A stretch of DNA of 64,000 nt from an uncultured delta proteobacterium (GCA_963787125.1 CAWBBV010000007.1:384001-448000), one strand, 5' to 3'; shown: positions 50,739 through 62,143, counted from the stretch's first letter. Program-made: numbers and translations. Notes: generated by a model not told the origin, from the letters alone.

Positions 50739-51503
50739 ATGAGAAAATTCATAATGATTATGGCTTCAGTATTATTGGTATCAGCTGCAGCAGTAGTAGT
50801 AGCTGAAGACAAGGTGGCGGCAGTTGTTGAAGACAAGGTGACGGGAGATGTATATCTCAATCCGGCCAGCAAGTATGTCTTTCGAGGGCTTGACCTCAGT
50901 CAGAGTAGAGGGGTTATGCAGGGTGGGGTGGATGTCAGCTACAAGAATTTCACCGTTAGCTACTGGAGTAACGAACAAATGTTCAGCGGCTATGCTCCAG
51001 CATCCACCTTTAAAGCAGGTCAGACTACCGAGACCGATATTACATTGAATTACGCCTACACACCGGTTGAGGCTTTGACACTGAATGTTGGCAATACCTA
51101 CTACACCTTGAGCGGGGCACCCAATACGAATGAACTTTATCTGAAGGCAACATTAAACAAGCTCCTTTCGCCGACATTCGCTGTTTATTATGATTGGGAC
51201 AAGAACAGGAACACTGGACTTTTCTATACTGTCTCAGTCGGACATACGGTAGAACTGGCGAAGAACCTTGGTCTAAATGTGGGCGCCCTGGCAAGTTACA
51301 ACATGGAAAACCCTAGTGCATCGGTCGTTAAATATAATAACCTGGACAACTATGAACTGAGTGCCAGCGTTGATTATACAATTACGGACAAATTCAAAAT
51401 CACTCCCAATTATTTGTATTCGAACGCATTTAACTCAGCAGCGAGATTGGGTGGTGTCAAGGACCAGAGCATCGTCGGGCTTAAAGCAGCGTTTGTTTTC
51501 TGA
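50739..51503 (+). CDS. Outer-membrane beta-barrel (TorF/Gcw_chp-like putative porin)
   Basis: Signal peptide, SKYVFRG.D.S....QGGVD.SY, ETD..L.Y and C-terminal Phe; first gene before glnK-amtB. Confidence 0.75.
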   Translation: MRKFIMIMASVLLVSAAAVVVAEDKVAAVVEDKVTGDVYLNPASKYVFRGLDLSQSRGVMQGGVDVSYKNFTVSYWSNEQMFSGYAPASTFKAGQTTETDITLNYAYTPVEALTLNVGNTYYTLSGAPNTNELYLKATLNKLLSPTFAVYYDWDKNRNTGLFYTVSVGHTVELAKNLGLNVGALASYNMENPSASVVKYNNLDNYELSASVDYTITDKFKITPNYLYSNAFNSAARLGGVKDQSIVGLKAAFVF

Positions 51504-51536
51504 TCGGCAAACGGTTTAAGAATAAACGTGCTGTAA

Positions 51537-51893
<357 letters not shown>

Positions 51894-51948
51894 GGTGATC
51901 CGGTGAATCTGTGAATCCAATCAAATAATAAGTATCACGGAGGATAAT

Positions 51949-53412
51949 ATGAAGTTTAGAGGATTGATTATAAAAGTACTGTTGCTTTCGACCCTGTTGC
52001 TATTGCCCTTGCTGGCTACAGCTGAAGAGTCAAAATCACCGGCAGCTGCACCTGCTGCTGCGACCGAATTGACAGTACCTGCCGTTACGGCTCCGGCTGC
52101 CCTGGCTGCGCCGGCTGAGGCGCCAAAACCAAAGAATGTTGATCCGGTATTAAATACCGGAGATACCGCCTGGATGCTCATTTCCAGCGCACTGGTACTC
52201 TTCATGATCCCGGGACTCGCCTTTTTCTACGGCGGTATGGTGCGGCAGAAGAACGTTCTTTCCACCATGATGCACTCTTTTGTAGCCATGGGGATAGTCG
52301 GGGTGCAGTGGGCTGTAATCGGCTACTCGCTCTCTTTTGGCCCTGATGCATTTATGGGGCTGATCGGTAATACCAGTAAAGCGATGTTAAACGGGCTCAT
52401 CAGTTTTGCCAAAGACGGTTCTCCTGTTTATGCCCTTTTTCAGAATGTGCCGACCGAGCCGGGGGCGATCCCTGAATATGTCTTTGCAATGTTTCAAGGA
52501 ATGTTTGCTATCATCACCGTAGCTCTAATCTCAGGGGCACTTGCCGAGAGAGTCAAATTCTCAGCATACTGCATATTCGTACTGCTCTGGACAACACTGG
52601 TATATGATCCTCTTGCTCACTGGGTCTGGATGAGTGACGGCTGGCTTTTTAAAAAGGGTGCACTTGACTTTGCCGGTGGCACGGTTGTTCACCTCTCCTC
52701 AGGTATTTCAGCGCTTGCGGCACTCATGTTTCTGGGCAAGCGCCACGGATTTCCGACAGAAAGAATGGCGCCACACAGTCTTCCCCTGACCATGCTTGGG
52801 GTCGGGATGCTCTGGTTTGGCTGGTATGGATTTAATGCAGGCTCCGCCATTGTTGGTGCAAACTGCTCTGATGCAGCGGCAGGACTCGCAGGCCTGGCAT
52901 TTACGACTACCACCATCGCACCGGCCGCAGCCGGGTTATCTTGGATGATCGCCGAATGGGTTCATTCCGGCAAGCCCAGTGCACTCGGTTTCGGTTCAGG
53001 CGTTGTGGCCGGTCTTGTTGTAATTACACCTGCCGCTGGTTTTGTTCAGCCTGGAGCCGCCATAATTCTCGGACTGATTGCCGGCGTTGTCTGCTACGGA
53101 GCAGTTCTTCTCAAGGCAAAGCTTAAGTACGACGATTCGCTTGATGCCTTTGGTGTCCATGGGGTAGGCGGTACGACCGGCGCGATACTGACTGGTGTTT
53201 TTGCTACAGTCGGTGCCAAAGGACTTCTTGCCGGTGATGTGAAGCAGTTTGTAACTCAGTTGATCGCGGTCGGTGCGGCAGGAGCTTATGCTTTCGTGGT
53301 CACGATCATTATAGTGTTCCTGCTGAACAAAACGATCGGAATCAGGGTAGAGAAAGAGGATGAAATCATGGGCCTTGATCAAACACAGCACTCCGAGAGT
53401 GGTTATAATTAA
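51949..53412 (+). CDS. amtB: Ammonium transporter
   Basis: PGLAFFYGG, FQGMFA, DFAGGTVVH, LWFGWYGFNAGS and DDSLDAFGVHG (twin His intact). Confidence 0.96.
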   Translation: MKFRGLIIKVLLLSTLLLLPLLATAEESKSPAAAPAAATELTVPAVTAPAALAAPAEAPKPKNVDPVLNTGDTAWMLISSALVLFMIPGLAFFYGGMVRQKNVLSTMMHSFVAMGIVGVQWAVIGYSLSFGPDAFMGLIGNTSKAMLNGLISFAKDGSPVYALFQNVPTEPGAIPEYVFAMFQGMFAIITVALISGALAERVKFSAYCIFVLLWTTLVYDPLAHWVWMSDGWLFKKGALDFAGGTVVHLSSGISALAALMFLGKRHGFPTERMAPHSLPLTMLGVGMLWFGWYGFNAGSAIVGANCSDAAAGLAGLAFTTTTIAPAAAGLSWMIAEWVHSGKPSALGFGSGVVAGLVVITPAAGFVQPGAAIILGLIAGVVCYGAVLLKAKLKYDDSLDAFGVHGVGGTTGAILTGVFATVGAKGLLAGDVKQFVTQLIAVGAAGAYAFVVTIIIVFLLNKTIGIRVEKEDEIMGLDQTQHSESGYN

Positions 53413-53441
53413 CTAGCAAGAGCTTATAGACTTATTAATGC

Positions 53442-53480
53442 AAAGGCCGAAGAGTCACGATAGTGAAGCTTCGGCCTTTA
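53442..53480 (+). terminator. Terminator after amtB
   Basis: AAAGGCCGAAG...CTTCGGCCTTT stem. Confidence 0.75.
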
Positions 53481-53778
53481 CTTATGTCAGAGATATAAAA
53501 ATCAAGGTGCCGATTGCACCTTTAAAAATATTGGTGTAAGATTTCAAAAAAAAATGAGCTGCGCGCAGATAAGAACAACAGCGGTGAAATAACGGCGTCA
53601 GTGGCTGAATTCAGTGAAACTGCCGGACTTTTTCCCTTGCTATTTCCACGTTTGCCGAAGGTGCGTAACAGGCGACGCTCGGACAGATTTTAGCCCGCGT
53701 CTTTTTTTCTAATCTTTAGCTATCTTGCACAGACCTTAGCGTTCGCTAATCATTTTCTGTGGGTGTTAGTTGCTTAGA

Positions 53779-53794
53779 TGGCGATGGAATTGCA
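53779..53794 (+). promoter_or_regulatory. Candidate sigma54 promoter of the giant cytochrome operon
   Basis: TGGCGATGGAATTGCA (GG-N10-GC with TTGCA), about 260 bp upstream of the start codon. Confidence 0.55.
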
Positions 53795-54053
53795 TACTTG
53801 TAAAGAGAGGGGCTATTTAACCGTTTTATGGCGTAGTAGTGTATGGCAGACTGCGAGCCCTTACTTAAGTAAAAAGTTGATTAAATTAAGTAGTTTAGAT
53901 CGGTTTCAGTTGTAAACGTTCAGTAAAAAAAACTGGCGGAAATGAAGCCTATCTAGCTATTTTTATTGATGTTTCACGGCATTCAGCTAATTAACGATTA
54001 AGATATCAGTGACAATATATTTGTACTCGTAACCGAGAGGGAGGTAATTGAAG

Positions 54054-57000
54054 ATGGGAAAATTACTCGTGAATAAAATCCGAGAGATAAATCCACTGGC
54101 AAAAAGGGGGACGTTGTTTTTACTGGCGCTCCTTGTCTCCTTCATAAGTATAATCGGCCCTAATACTGCCGAAGCCGCTATCAGTGTGCAGCAAGGCTTT
54201 GTAGCAGGCGCTACTGCATACAATGTAGGCAATACAACCGGTTTTTACAAAGGGACAACTTTTCCGGGGGCTGCTGTAGTCGGAACAATTGCGGTGGGCG
54301 CCGGTAATGACCGGCTGCTTGTTGTTGCGGTGACAACGGGACTATCGGCAGTTGCTACCCAGACCTGCACAGTGACTTACAATGCTGTGAGCATGACGCA
54401 GGCGACTGGCGACGGTGCAACATCTGCCCGGCAGCACTCCTATCTCTTTTATCTTCCTATGGGTTCTTCAGTCTCCGCAGGTGCAGCATACAGGCCGGTA
54501 GTCACTATAACCGGCGGAACTGCTCAGACTGCAGTTGTCACTTCAGCAGTTTATGCCGGTGTTGATCAGACAACGGTTATAAGGCAAGCCAAGAGTTATA
54601 ATGGCGGCACCAGTACAACAACAACAGTCGGGCCTTTTGCAGCGCCGCTGATGGCTATAACCGCCGGCGACAGAGCTGTTGAGGTGGTAAATCTGTACAG
54701 GACGACCAGCGCTACCCCGCGGACGATGACCACCTGGGCAGCCGGTTGGGCAGTAACTGCCGACATGGCTGGTACTTATGCCCCGTACACTCAGGCCAGC
54801 ATTACCACCACCTCTATGAATACTTATATTCGCAGTAATACAACAGTCACGGCCGGCACCAACTCCTCGCATATTTCCAATGGCACAGCGCGTAAATCTA
54901 TGCATGCGATGGTACTGATCCCGACAGGGGTTACGGTAAGCGCCGGTTCTGTTGTACCTAATCAGACGGTATATGCGGGTGATACTGCAAAAGTTGTTAA
55001 TGCCTTTACTCTGGCTGGTTCCGGACCGGTCACTGCGATTACAGTCACCGGTAATGCCAATACGACAGCAGCAAACATTGCGTCAATTAATATATACAGA
55101 AAAGTCGGCTCGAACCTGACAGCGCTTGAAGGCACAGACGTGCTGATCGGTACCGGCTCTTTCCCTTCGCCGGCAACAGTTACAGTAGCTGAGACTGTCT
55201 CTGCTACGACTAATTATATTATTGTCTACAATATTGCCGCTTCAGCCATCGCCAACGGCACTTCTATAACATTCACTGGTGCAGTAACTGCCCTTACTCC
55301 GGCGGCCGCTTCAATTGCCGATACCGGCGAGACACTGACTCTCTATCCGACCACGACTATAGAGACAGGTGTAGAACCACCGGCAGCCAGATTGTGGAAA
55401 TCAAGTGCTGCCACCAATATGGATGCATTTACGTTACAGCATAATGGCGCCGTTACCGATAATGATACTATCTCGCCGGTAACTGTAACCTTGATTCCTC
55501 AGTACATTTCAGGCGGCACCGGTGGCACGATCTCCAAAATAAAACTGATGGAGATTGTCAGCGCCGACGGTCTGACGGTTTATGGTTCTGCCACTGCCGC
55601 AGCAAACGGCGATATCTGGAATATCACGACGCCGGCATTAATTGCTGATTCTACCCTTAAAACATATTACGTGCGAGTATCGACAGCCGACGTAATTACA
55701 CCTTCGCTTAACGATACCTCCGGCACTCCTCAGGGTTATTACACTTTCACCGGGACGATAACTGCCGCAACTCATAACAAGGCGAACAATAAATTAGTTA
55801 TGGGCGACGGCACCAGCCAGACTCTGGAAATTGACCTTGAGAAACCGATTGGGCCGGCATCTGCAACTGCAACTACCGGCACAAGCGGCGGGCAAATTGA
55901 TCTAGTCTGGGATGCTGCTTCTGATTACAGTGGTGGTTCGCTTGACGCAACAGCTCCATTCGTTGTTCGTCGCGATTTCGTAGATCCTGACCCCGGCTGC
56001 AAAAGCGGCACGGCAGTTACACTTACTCCTGCAAATCAAGCTTCTCATAGCATGACCGATACAGGACTGATTGACACGACCCCTACCAGGTATTACTACC
56101 GGGTATGCGCCATGGATGCACTAGGCAATATCAGTGACGGCGCATCGTCATTTGCAAATGCAATGGTAACCAGTGTTTGCAATATACCACCTTCTGTTAC
56201 TCTTGCGTACGAAGACGGGTCTACAACAGCGACTATGCAGTTGATTAAATCGGATACTACAAGTGCTCCATTTAGATTGCAGATAGCAAACAATGACATT
56301 GGTACCTGTCCTGATGTTGCTTTCACCGTCAGCCTGGCAAATGTTGTCGGAAATGATAGTCATTTCACGAAAACTATTGGTGGTCTGTCCTTCCCGGGCC
56401 TGATCACATTAGGTACCGGTGGTGCCGGCGCAAGTACAGGAAAGGCCTTACTTGTACAAGTTTCCGGGATTGAAGCTGCCGGTGCGCAACAACTTGAGAA
56501 GTATACATTCGGAGTTACTGTTACTTCGCCGGGTAACAGTCATGGCGCTGCTATCACGACTCCATCAGTAACCGGTCTCTTGAACGACATGCCCCCGATT
56601 GTTCACAATAGCGCTAACATGGCCAAATACCAGTATGGCAGTTGGGGCCAAACATATACCTGTGCTACTTGTCACTCAAACAGCACAACCAATATCAAGG
56701 GTATTTATCAGATCATCTCTACTCCAATCGGCAGAAGAAATGTTGTTTTTAATAAAACATCATCTGTTGATGCTGACTGGGACGGAGTTTACGGCAATGA
56801 CAAGCGTGCAAATAAGGACGTTTCCAACAGTGTCTGCGAAGTGTGTCATCACCAGACCAGGCAGCACCAGTATAGTGCCAGTAAACCCTTAGCCGGCCCA
56901 GGTGCTAATGAAACATACAATCCTGATCACCACAACAGTCGTGATTGCGTAAAATGCCATACTCATAACACAGCCTTCCGCTCGATATATGGACTTTGTG

Positions 57001-60000
57001 GTGACTGCCACGGTTTCAAGGCAACAGGTTACTCGCCTGTTGACAGAAGTACCATGGTTAAGGATCTTACCAATGCCCTTGGGCCTAATCCGCCGAACTA
57101 CGGCGCTCACGCAAGGCATAATCAGGCAAAGATTACCTGTTCTGCATGTCATAGCAATACCAATCATGGCTTGGCTACAACCGCCTGGTCCGGCAATAAC
57201 TTTCTCGAAATCGACTTTAATACCAGTAAAGACTCCTACACCGGATTCAACCCCAACGCCAGTATCGTCGGTGGTACCTTTGCCGGCACAAATAACCTCA
57301 ACCAGCCTTTCAAATGGTCGTCGAATCTGTCCACAGTCATTACTGCCAGTCCTGATTATAATGCTTCCTGTACCAACTACTGCCACGGAGCCTGGTTAAA
57401 CAACACCGGTTCGAACACAAATCCAATCTGGGTTGGTGGTCCCGCGCAGGCTGCCTGCGGTACCTGCCATAATGCCTCTGCTGAAGTTCCTCCCCAGTCC
57501 GGCAGCCACTTGAAACATGCCTTAAACTCTGGGATCGGTCTTGGTATAGCCTGTAACAAATGCCATGGCAGCTACTCTAACTATAGTACCAGTAACGCTC
57601 ATATCAATGGCAACGTCGAGTGGAATTTGTCGGTTTATCCTGGCGCAACCTACAACGGTGTAGCAGCTGGTTCTACCGGTGCTCAGGCACCAACAGCCAA
57701 CGCCAATTACGGAACATGCAGCACGCTCTACTGCCACAGTAAAGTTCAGGGGGCTGGGGGTGTAGGAAACCCAAGCACATACGCTTCTCCTAAATGGGGT
57801 GACCCAACAACAGCAACTTGCGGCTCATGCCACGCTGCTAATCCGAATAACTCCGGTTCACACTTGAACCATGAGAATGCAGAAGTTGCTTTTGACTGCC
57901 ACGATTGCCATAGCAACGGTGGTACTACCACAGCTCTGAATCACGGTAATGGCAAAATTGATTTCAAGTTCGTTGGCCTTGCTTCAAATACAAAATACAT
58001 GAGTGTTACAACTGCCAGTGGCGGGTTTGTAACACCTGGTTCCGGTTACGGTGTCTGTTCAAGCAGTAACTGTCACGGCCGTTTCAACCGCGCCTGGGGT
58101 ACACCATCTTCCGGTTTGACACTTTGTGAAAAGTGCCACGGCTCAGCAAACTCATCCGTCGGCTTTTATAACACCAGAGGCCCGTTAGGGACACTCAGCG
58201 TCTACTCAGCCGGCGTTGGTGTTCATGATATTCACATCCAGAACCCTAATTCACCAAGAAAAGCGACTTTTGCACGCTTCACATCTTACGCAGCCGGTTA
58301 CAGTTGCAGGCAGTGTCATAATGTGCCGACCGGGCCGTTTACTGCCGGTCATATTGATACACCACTACCTGCTGAAGTTCCTTTCAGTCATGTCAGCTCG
58401 ATAGCCAACAAAGCCAGCACCTTTGGCTACATGTCCACTGCAACTTTTAACAATGCCACAAAAGCTTGTAGTAATGTCTACTGCCACGGTGCAGGGATGA
58501 ACTCCAACAGGAGCACTGGCAAGTATGTTGGCGCTGCTCCGACATTTGTCAAACAGGACCCAAGCTGGAATACACCTTATCTGACCGGTAACAGCGCAAC
58601 AGATTGCACCAAGTGTCACTCATATCCGCCACCGGCGCCTGATCCTACCTATACCCACTTTGGCGCAACTCTGGCTGATTGTGAAACCTGCCATCAGCAT
58701 CTGACTCCGGGCGGACTTGGGTTCAAGAATAAAAAACTGCACGTTGACGGTAAAGTTGATGGTGGCTGTGACTCTTGCCACGGTTATCCGCCGGTCAATA
58801 ATGTTGTCGGTGCTCCGGGCGGACTGGCAACACCGGCGCAAAACGCGCTTGCCGGCGGAGCAGGAGCTCACAATGCCCATATGCTGCTTCCGCAGCTGGC
58901 TGCCGACAAATGCAAGGCCTGTCATAACGGTTATACAACCGACCCAATGGGTAACACCAAACTGGAAATGGGCTTTAACGGGCTTGGCGGTCTGGTGACA
59001 ACCGGTACCTTTACCGGTTATACCAATAGCGTTAACGGGCCAAAATGGCAGATACCATCAAACAGTGCCGGGACTGTGATGGTCAAGTCTAACGTCCAGG
59101 CTGCTGTCTGCTCCAACGTTTACTGCCACGGTGGTGGGTCGTCATCTTCGCCGGTAGTCCGGCCAGCATTGGGTGGCGGAGCTAATACCACTCCAAACTG
59201 GGAAGTCCCTGCCGTCTGCGGCGACTGCCACGGCATTGACGCTGCCAGCGCACCAAGCGGCGGTTCACACCCAAGGCACGCCGTCACAATCTCATCACTT
59301 GTCTGTGACTCCTGTCATGGTGTTACTGCTGTCAACGGCACTCACGTTAACGCCTCAGTCAGCTGGCACCTTGATAGTACACTCATGGGTGCAAATGCCA
59401 CCTACAACGGGATGTCATCCGGATCGCTCCCGGGTCTGGCCCCCCGCGGAAATGTTACAGCCGGCGACGATTACAGAACCTGTAATAATGTTTATTGTCA
59501 CAGTACCATTCAGAGCGGAAACGGCACGGGCGTTCCCACCTACAAGTCGCCACGCTGGGGCACAGATAACGGCACACTCGGCTGTAACGGCTGCCATGCA
59601 AACATGGCGACGGATGCTGTCAATGCAACCGGCAGCCATGTGAAACATGCAAATACCACCTCAGGCATGGGCGTTTCCTGCGGCTACTGTCACCAGGATG
59701 GTGGCGACGGTACGCAGCAGCATGCGGACGGTTCTGTTTTCATAAACTTTACCAGCTATATTGGCGGCACCTACAATGTCAGCGGTGGTACCGCTTTCCT
59801 TACCGGTATTCAGAAGGTCTCCCGTTCGGCTGCCTACAGCACCTGTTCCACCACCTTCTGTCATGGAACAAACCCTTCACCGCAGTGGGGTGTAGCAGGC
59901 ACAAACTGCCAGACCTGTCACTCCGCCAGCGCTGATAAAACACTCAGCCCCGGCTGGTCAGGTCGTCACACTACCCACTATAACTACTCGACTGCGCCGG

Positions 60001-62081
60001 GCACCTACAATGAAACTCTTCTCGATCAGAGCAGCGTTAACAAGTACAGGTTCAACTGTAATCATTGTCACGATACCGACTCCACCAAACACAGTCTCAA
60101 GCCTGCATCTGCAGACAGTGCCGCCCGTATTTTCTTCGGTGCGTCATCAGCAACACCTGCAACAAGCAGCAAACGTGGTATCTATGCAGCCGGAACACCG
60201 ATTGTCGCAACTGACAACGGCTTTAAATTTACATCAGGTTCGTGCAGCACCAGTTACTGTCACTCCAACGGCCGTGGCGGTGCACCTAAGCAAGCGTTCC
60301 TTAACTGGACAACACGTCCATCAGCCGCAGGTGTAAACTGCACCTTCTGTCACGATGGCAAGTCAGCAACTGCAACTCCTTCAACCCTGAGCCCAAGACA
60401 CGACAAGCATATGAATCCACTTGCCACGAACTCGCTTCTGGGTGTTGGTAGTGGTTACAACTGCGTTGACTGCCACGCACAGGTAATTACTAATATAAAC
60501 AACATCTCTATAGCTAACAAGAAACTGCACGTTAATACGACCCTTAACTACTCAGGTGCAAGGGCGTTCAAGTCCGGTTACACTGTCGGCACAGGCAGTT
60601 GTACAACTTACTGCCACTCCAACGGTAACAAGAATGCGACCGGTACGCCTGTCTTCGTCAGTATGACCGGCAGCAAGCGCTGGACCGATGTCGGCACTAT
60701 CACCACCTGTAACAAGTGCCATGGTCGCAGCAACGCCTACGGCTATCCAGATTACGCCAATGGTGGAGCTAATAACGTCAACTCGAACCTGCATTTCGGT
60801 CACATGTCGAGTTTGAGAAGTACTACAGCTTGTTCGGATTGTCACCGTAAGACAGTTGATACGCTGGTAGCTAACAAATTTAGACCATACTCATCACTGC
60901 ACATAAGTGGCGGCGCAAATGTTAACTTCAACAGCGCCAAGGCTTATATCGGTACCAAGGCAACTGTCGTCACAGCCGGCAACCAGGTAACCTGCAGCAC
61001 GGTAGTATGTCATGGACAGGGTGCTCCTGTCTGGGGTGCTTCCACGACTGTTGGCCAGTGTCAGAAGTGCCACGGTTCAAAAGCAACAGCCTTTGGAACC
61101 TTCTCCTCACCACAGGTTGCTCCAGGCTTCGGTACTGACGGTACTGATACCTCCATGGTCAACAAACTGCCGACAGATCCACGAGTCGGCGCGCACCAGC
61201 GACACCTCACCTCCAGTGCCATTTCAGCGCCGATCAAGTGCGGTGAGTGTCACGTAACAGTTACCAGTATCCGATCTGCAAATCATTGGAACTACTCAAC
61301 GGCTACACTGACGTTTGCCGGCAGAGCTGTCCTTAATTCACATTCACCATCTGTATCGCGTACAGCTGGTGTCATGCAGTGTAGCAATGTTTATTGCCAC
61401 ACACTCACAAACAGTACCGGCACTGTTACTGCGCCGTTCTGGAATATGACCGGTATGGTTAAGGAGACCGGAACAACAGTCGCTGAATGTACCAAGTGTC
61501 ACGCCATGCCGCCTCCATCTACGACACACACTGGTAAACTCATCAGCAATTATTCATCGGTTTCGAAGATTTACAGTGTTTGCGGTACATGCCATTACAC
61601 GCTGAGCACCACAGCAACCACTGTTGCCAATGCGTTTACCGATAAAAAGACTCATATTAACGGCGTAGTTGAAGTAATTCTGGTCTGTAACGGTTGCCAC
61701 GACTACGATACAACCAGCAGTGGAACAGCTTGGGGTAAATCAAATTACGGTAGCTTCAATGAAAGTAATGGTGCCCACGTCAAGCATATTGAGTTCTTGA
61801 AATCGCGTAACCCTGGTATGATTCTTGATCCAAATAATGACACTTTTGGCGGCGCGACTTTCTTGGCTATATGCGGGCAATGTCACTCGAGCAACGGCGT
61901 CGCGGATCACAAAACGGATTTGAGTGTGAATTCGCGTAACATCTCCTTGACTGGGCGCGGTTTTGGTCAGGTTAATGGAACTTACAATGGTAACAGCGGT
62001 ACATCGTCTTCAGTTAATCCGAAGTCATGTTCAAATACTGACTGTCATTATAAAACCTCGCCAATCTGGTCTACCTACTAA
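54054..62081 (+). CDS. Giant secreted multiheme c-type cytochrome (CxxCH/CxxxxCH repeat family) with ~870-aa heme-free beta-rich N-terminus including an FN3-like domain
   Basis: Signal peptide ending AEA. Manual count gives 31 CxxCH + 2 Cx3CH + 10 Cx4CH = 43 motifs, the first at nt 56661. ATG 54054 fits the GGAGG RBS better than TTG 54048. Confidence 0.92.
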   Translation: MGKLLVNKIREINPLAKRGTLFLLALLVSFISIIGPNTAEAAISVQQGFVAGATAYNVGNTTGFYKGTTFPGAAVVGTIAVGAGNDRLLVVAVTTGLSAVATQTCTVTYNAVSMTQATGDGATSARQHSYLFYLPMGSSVSAGAAYRPVVTITGGTAQTAVVTSAVYAGVDQTTVIRQAKSYNGGTSTTTTVGPFAAPLMAITAGDRAVEVVNLYRTTSATPRTMTTWAAGWAVTADMAGTYAPYTQASITTTSMNTYIRSNTTVTAGTNSSHISNGTARKSMHAMVLIPTGVTVSAGSVVPNQTVYAGDTAKVVNAFTLAGSGPVTAITVTGNANTTAANIASINIYRKVGSNLTALEGTDVLIGTGSFPSPATVTVAETVSATTNYIIVYNIAASAIANGTSITFTGAVTALTPAAASIADTGETLTLYPTTTIETGVEPPAARLWKSSAATNMDAFTLQHNGAVTDNDTISPVTVTLIPQYISGGTGGTISKIKLMEIVSADGLTVYGSATAAANGDIWNITTPALIADSTLKTYYVRVSTADVITPSLNDTSGTPQGYYTFTGTITAATHNKANNKLVMGDGTSQTLEIDLEKPIGPASATATTGTSGGQIDLVWDAASDYSGGSLDATAPFVVRRDFVDPDPGCKSGTAVTLTPANQASHSMTDTGLIDTTPTRYYYRVCAMDALGNISDGASSFANAMVTSVCNIPPSVTLAYEDGSTTATMQLIKSDTTSAPFRLQIANNDIGTCPDVAFTVSLANVVGNDSHFTKTIGGLSFPGLITLGTGGAGASTGKALLVQVSGIEAAGAQQLEKYTFGVTVTSPGNSHGAAITTPSVTGLLNDMPPIVHNSANMAKYQYGSWGQTYTCATCHSNSTTNIKGIYQIISTPIGRRNVVFNKTSSVDADWDGVYGNDKRANKDVSNSVCEVCHHQTRQHQYSASKPLAGPGANETYNPDHHNSRDCVKCHTHNTAFRSIYGLCGDCHGFKATGYSPVDRSTMVKDLTNALGPNPPNYGAHARHNQAKITCSACHSNTNHGLATTAWSGNNFLEIDFNTSKDSYTGFNPNASIVGGTFAGTNNLNQPFKWSSNLSTVITASPDYNASCTNYCHGAWLNNTGSNTNPIWVGGPAQAACGTCHNASAEVPPQSGSHLKHALNSGIGLGIACNKCHGSYSNYSTSNAHINGNVEWNLSVYPGATYNGVAAGSTGAQAPTANANYGTCSTLYCHSKVQGAGGVGNPSTYASPKWGDPTTATCGSCHAANPNNSGSHLNHENAEVAFDCHDCHSNGGTTTALNHGNGKIDFKFVGLASNTKYMSVTTASGGFVTPGSGYGVCSSSNCHGRFNRAWGTPSSGLTLCEKCHGSANSSVGFYNTRGPLGTLSVYSAGVGVHDIHIQNPNSPRKATFARFTSYAAGYSCRQCHNVPTGPFTAGHIDTPLPAEVPFSHVSSIANKASTFGYMSTATFNNATKACSNVYCHGAGMNSNRSTGKYVGAAPTFVKQDPSWNTPYLTGNSATDCTKCHSYPPPAPDPTYTHFGATLADCETCHQHLTPGGLGFKNKKLHVDGKVDGGCDSCHGYPPVNNVVGAPGGLATPAQNALAGGAGAHNAHMLLPQLAADKCKACHNGYTTDPMGNTKLEMGFNGLGGLVTTGTFTGYTNSVNGPKWQIPSNSAGTVMVKSNVQAAVCSNVYCHGGGSSSSPVVRPALGGGANTTPNWEVPAVCGDCHGIDAASAPSGGSHPRHAVTISSLVCDSCHGVTAVNGTHVNASVSWHLDSTLMGANATYNGMSSGSLPGLAPRGNVTAGDDYRTCNNVYCHSTIQSGNGTGVPTYKSPRWGTDNGTLGCNGCHANMATDAVNATGSHVKHANTTSGMGVSCGYCHQDGGDGTQQHADGSVFINFTSYIGGTYNVSGGTAFLTGIQKVSRSAAYSTCSTTFCHGTNPSPQWGVAGTNCQTCHSASADKTLSPGWSGRHTTHYNYSTAPGTYNETLLDQSSVNKYRFNCNHCHDTDSTKHSLKPASADSAARIFFGASSATPATSSKRGIYAAGTPIVATDNGFKFTSGSCSTSYCHSNGRGGAPKQAFLNWTTRPSAAGVNCTFCHDGKSATATPSTLSPRHDKHMNPLATNSLLGVGSGYNCVDCHAQVITNINNISIANKKLHVNTTLNYSGARAFKSGYTVGTGSCTTYCHSNGNKNATGTPVFVSMTGSKRWTDVGTITTCNKCHGRSNAYGYPDYANGGANNVNSNLHFGHMSSLRSTTACSDCHRKTVDTLVANKFRPYSSLHISGGANVNFNSAKAYIGTKATVVTAGNQVTCSTVVCHGQGAPVWGASTTVGQCQKCHGSKATAFGTFSSPQVAPGFGTDGTDTSMVNKLPTDPRVGAHQRHLTSSAISAPIKCGECHVTVTSIRSANHWNYSTATLTFAGRAVLNSHSPSVSRTAGVMQCSNVYCHTLTNSTGTVTAPFWNMTGMVKETGTTVAECTKCHAMPPPSTTHTGKLISNYSSVSKIYSVCGTCHYTLSTTATTVANAFTDKKTHINGVVEVILVCNGCHDYDTTSSGTAWGKSNYGSFNESNGAHVKHIEFLKSRNPGMILDPNNDTFGGATFLAICGQCHSSNGVADHKTDLSVNSRNISLTGRGFGQVNGTYNGNSGTSSSVNPKSCSNTDCHYKTSPIWSTY

Positions 62082-62143
62082 TCGGGGGGAGCGCAAAGAT
62101 GAGACTTTACTTAATGAATGAATATATTCACAGGAGATTTACA

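Noticed and set aside
53480..54053. c-di-GMP/cGAMP (GEMM) riboswitch expected upstream of a Geobacter cytochrome
   Set aside because: I could not find the GEMM core (GNRA-capped P2 with the G(C/G)AAAGCC-like junction) by eye. An Infernal scan would settle it.
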